Shown here one piece after another: positions 31,227 through 32,000 of a stretch of DNA of 32,000 bases (position 1 is the stretch's first letter; each line of letters opens with the position of its first letter). The stretch comes from Synechococcus elongatus PCC 6301 (lineage in GTDB: Bacteria > Cyanobacteriota > Cyanobacteriia > Synechococcales > Synechococcaceae): NCBI RefSeq assembly GCF_000010065.1, contig NC_006576.1, positions 1,320,001-1,352,000 of the forward strand, in the 5' to 3' direction. The position numbers and the translations under genes were made by a program. The notes beneath the pieces are model-generated. The model saw only the letters and a list, made by a program, of their open reading frames with translations. It was not told the DNA's origin and did not search any database.

Positions 31227-31554
31227 AAATAACTTGAGCTGTGCTCAAGATAGCTTCTCGACGAATCCAGTTCAAACTATTCTCAATCGCTTTCTTAGTG
31301 GTCAAGTCAACTTTGCGATGACATAAGTCTTCCAACTCATTTTCCATGCCAATAAGATCAAGCAGACTAACTCTAGCATCAGGCTGAAAAGCAACTAAGA
31401 GATCAATGTCACTGCCAGCATGAAAGTCATCACGCAATATAGAACCAAAAAGCGCGAGTTCACGGATAGCATAACGCTGACAAAACTCCGAGAGCTGATC
31501 AAAAGTAATTGCCAAGCGTTCTTGATGCTGAGGACTGAATGTCGTCGTTGTCAT
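31216..31554 (-). CDS. mntA: Minimal nucleotidyltransferase antitoxin MntA-like (MNT)
   Basis: LALFGSILRDDFHAGSDIDLLVAF matches GSx10DxD of MNT-type nucleotidyltransferases. Immediately upstream of and overlapping hepT. Confidence 0.9.
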   Translation of the reverse strand: MTTTTFSPQHQERLAITFDQLSEFCQRYAIRELALFGSILRDDFHAGSDIDLLVAFQPDARVSLLDLIGMENELEDLCHRKVDLTTKKAIENSLNWIRREAILSTAQVIYES

Positions 31555-31591
31555 TGATAATTCACTTGATGCTTAGATAGAAACTTTTGCT

Positions 31592-32000
31592 TCAGTTTTC
31601 TGCAACAACCACCTTCTCTATTGCCTGATCTACTTGCTGAAAAGTGAAGGTGCGATCGCGGCTGTTATCAATCACGATATCGGCATGCTCACACTTTTGG
31701 GCAATCGGCCATTGTGCTGCAAGGCGTTGTTCCGCGGCTGCAGGGGTGAGGCGATCGCGATGGATCAAGCGATCGCGTTGTTGCTCCAGCGGGCAAGCGA
31801 CTACCCAAATTTGCTCGACCCAGTCCTGTAGACCGGCTTCAAACAGCAGTGGAATGACGAGGACAACGATCGGATCTGATTCAAGCTGTGCCAGGTCCCG
31901 CTCAAAGCAAGCGCGGATCGCCGGATGGGTTTGCTGTTCTAACCACTGCCGTTCAGCTGGATCCGCAAAGATGATTGACCCGAGTTTTTGGCGATCGAGC
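31592..32000 (-). CDS. coaE: Dephospho-CoA kinase, 5' part beyond the window edge
   Basis: My minus-strand translation from 31999 gives LDRQKLGSIIFADPAERQWLEQQTHPAIRACFERDLAQLESDPIVVLVIPLLFEAGLQDWVEQIWVVACPLEQQRDRLIHRDRLTPAAAEQRLAAQWPIAQKCEHADIVIDNSRDRTFTFQQVDQAIEKVVVAEN*, a typical CoaE. It is absent from the ORF track because it is edge-truncated. Confidence 0.93.
   Translation of the reverse strand, partial: LDRQKLGSIIFADPAERQWLEQQTHPAIRACFERDLAQLESDPIVVLVIPLLFEAGLQDWVEQIWVVACPLEQQRDRLIHRDRLTPAAAEQRLAAQWPIAQKCEHADIVIDNSRDRTFTFQQVDQAIEKVVVAEN

Overview
This 32-kb window is a gene-dense cyanobacterial chromosome segment. Its gene content and frequent HIP1 octamers (GCGATCGC) strongly suggest Synechococcus elongatus (PCC 7942/6301 type). 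Most genes are housekeeping, photosynthesis or carboxysome genes. In order: partial PLD-family protein, ssb(-), mreB-mreC-mreD(+), ftsH(-), Tat-signal caspase-fold protein(-), sat(-), psbO(-), small conserved ORF(+), coaBC(-), small conserved ORF(-), tRNA-Ala(CGC), pyrD(-), secA(-), glmU(+), split voltage-gated K+ channel ORFs(-), small conserved ORF(-), ccmK4-ccmK3(-), a dus-family gene(+), glyA(+), undecaprenyl-phosphate sugar-phosphate transferase(+), cinA(+), hoxE-hoxF(-), ligA(+), glcD-like(+), mntA-hepT toxin-antitoxin pair(-), partial coaE(-). I saw no mobile element, CRISPR array or phage region, and nothing that clearly constitutes an undescribed multi-gene system. The most notable points are: a lipobox-like signal peptide on PsbO, a caspase-fold protein whose expected catalytic Cys appears to be Gly, a K+ channel split by a frameshift just before S4, the unusual pore-loop sequence of the satellite shell protein CcmK3, a compact MNT/HEPN pair, and hoxEF without neighbouring hoxUYH. 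Assignments come from reading sequence motifs and family knowledge; no database search was run.
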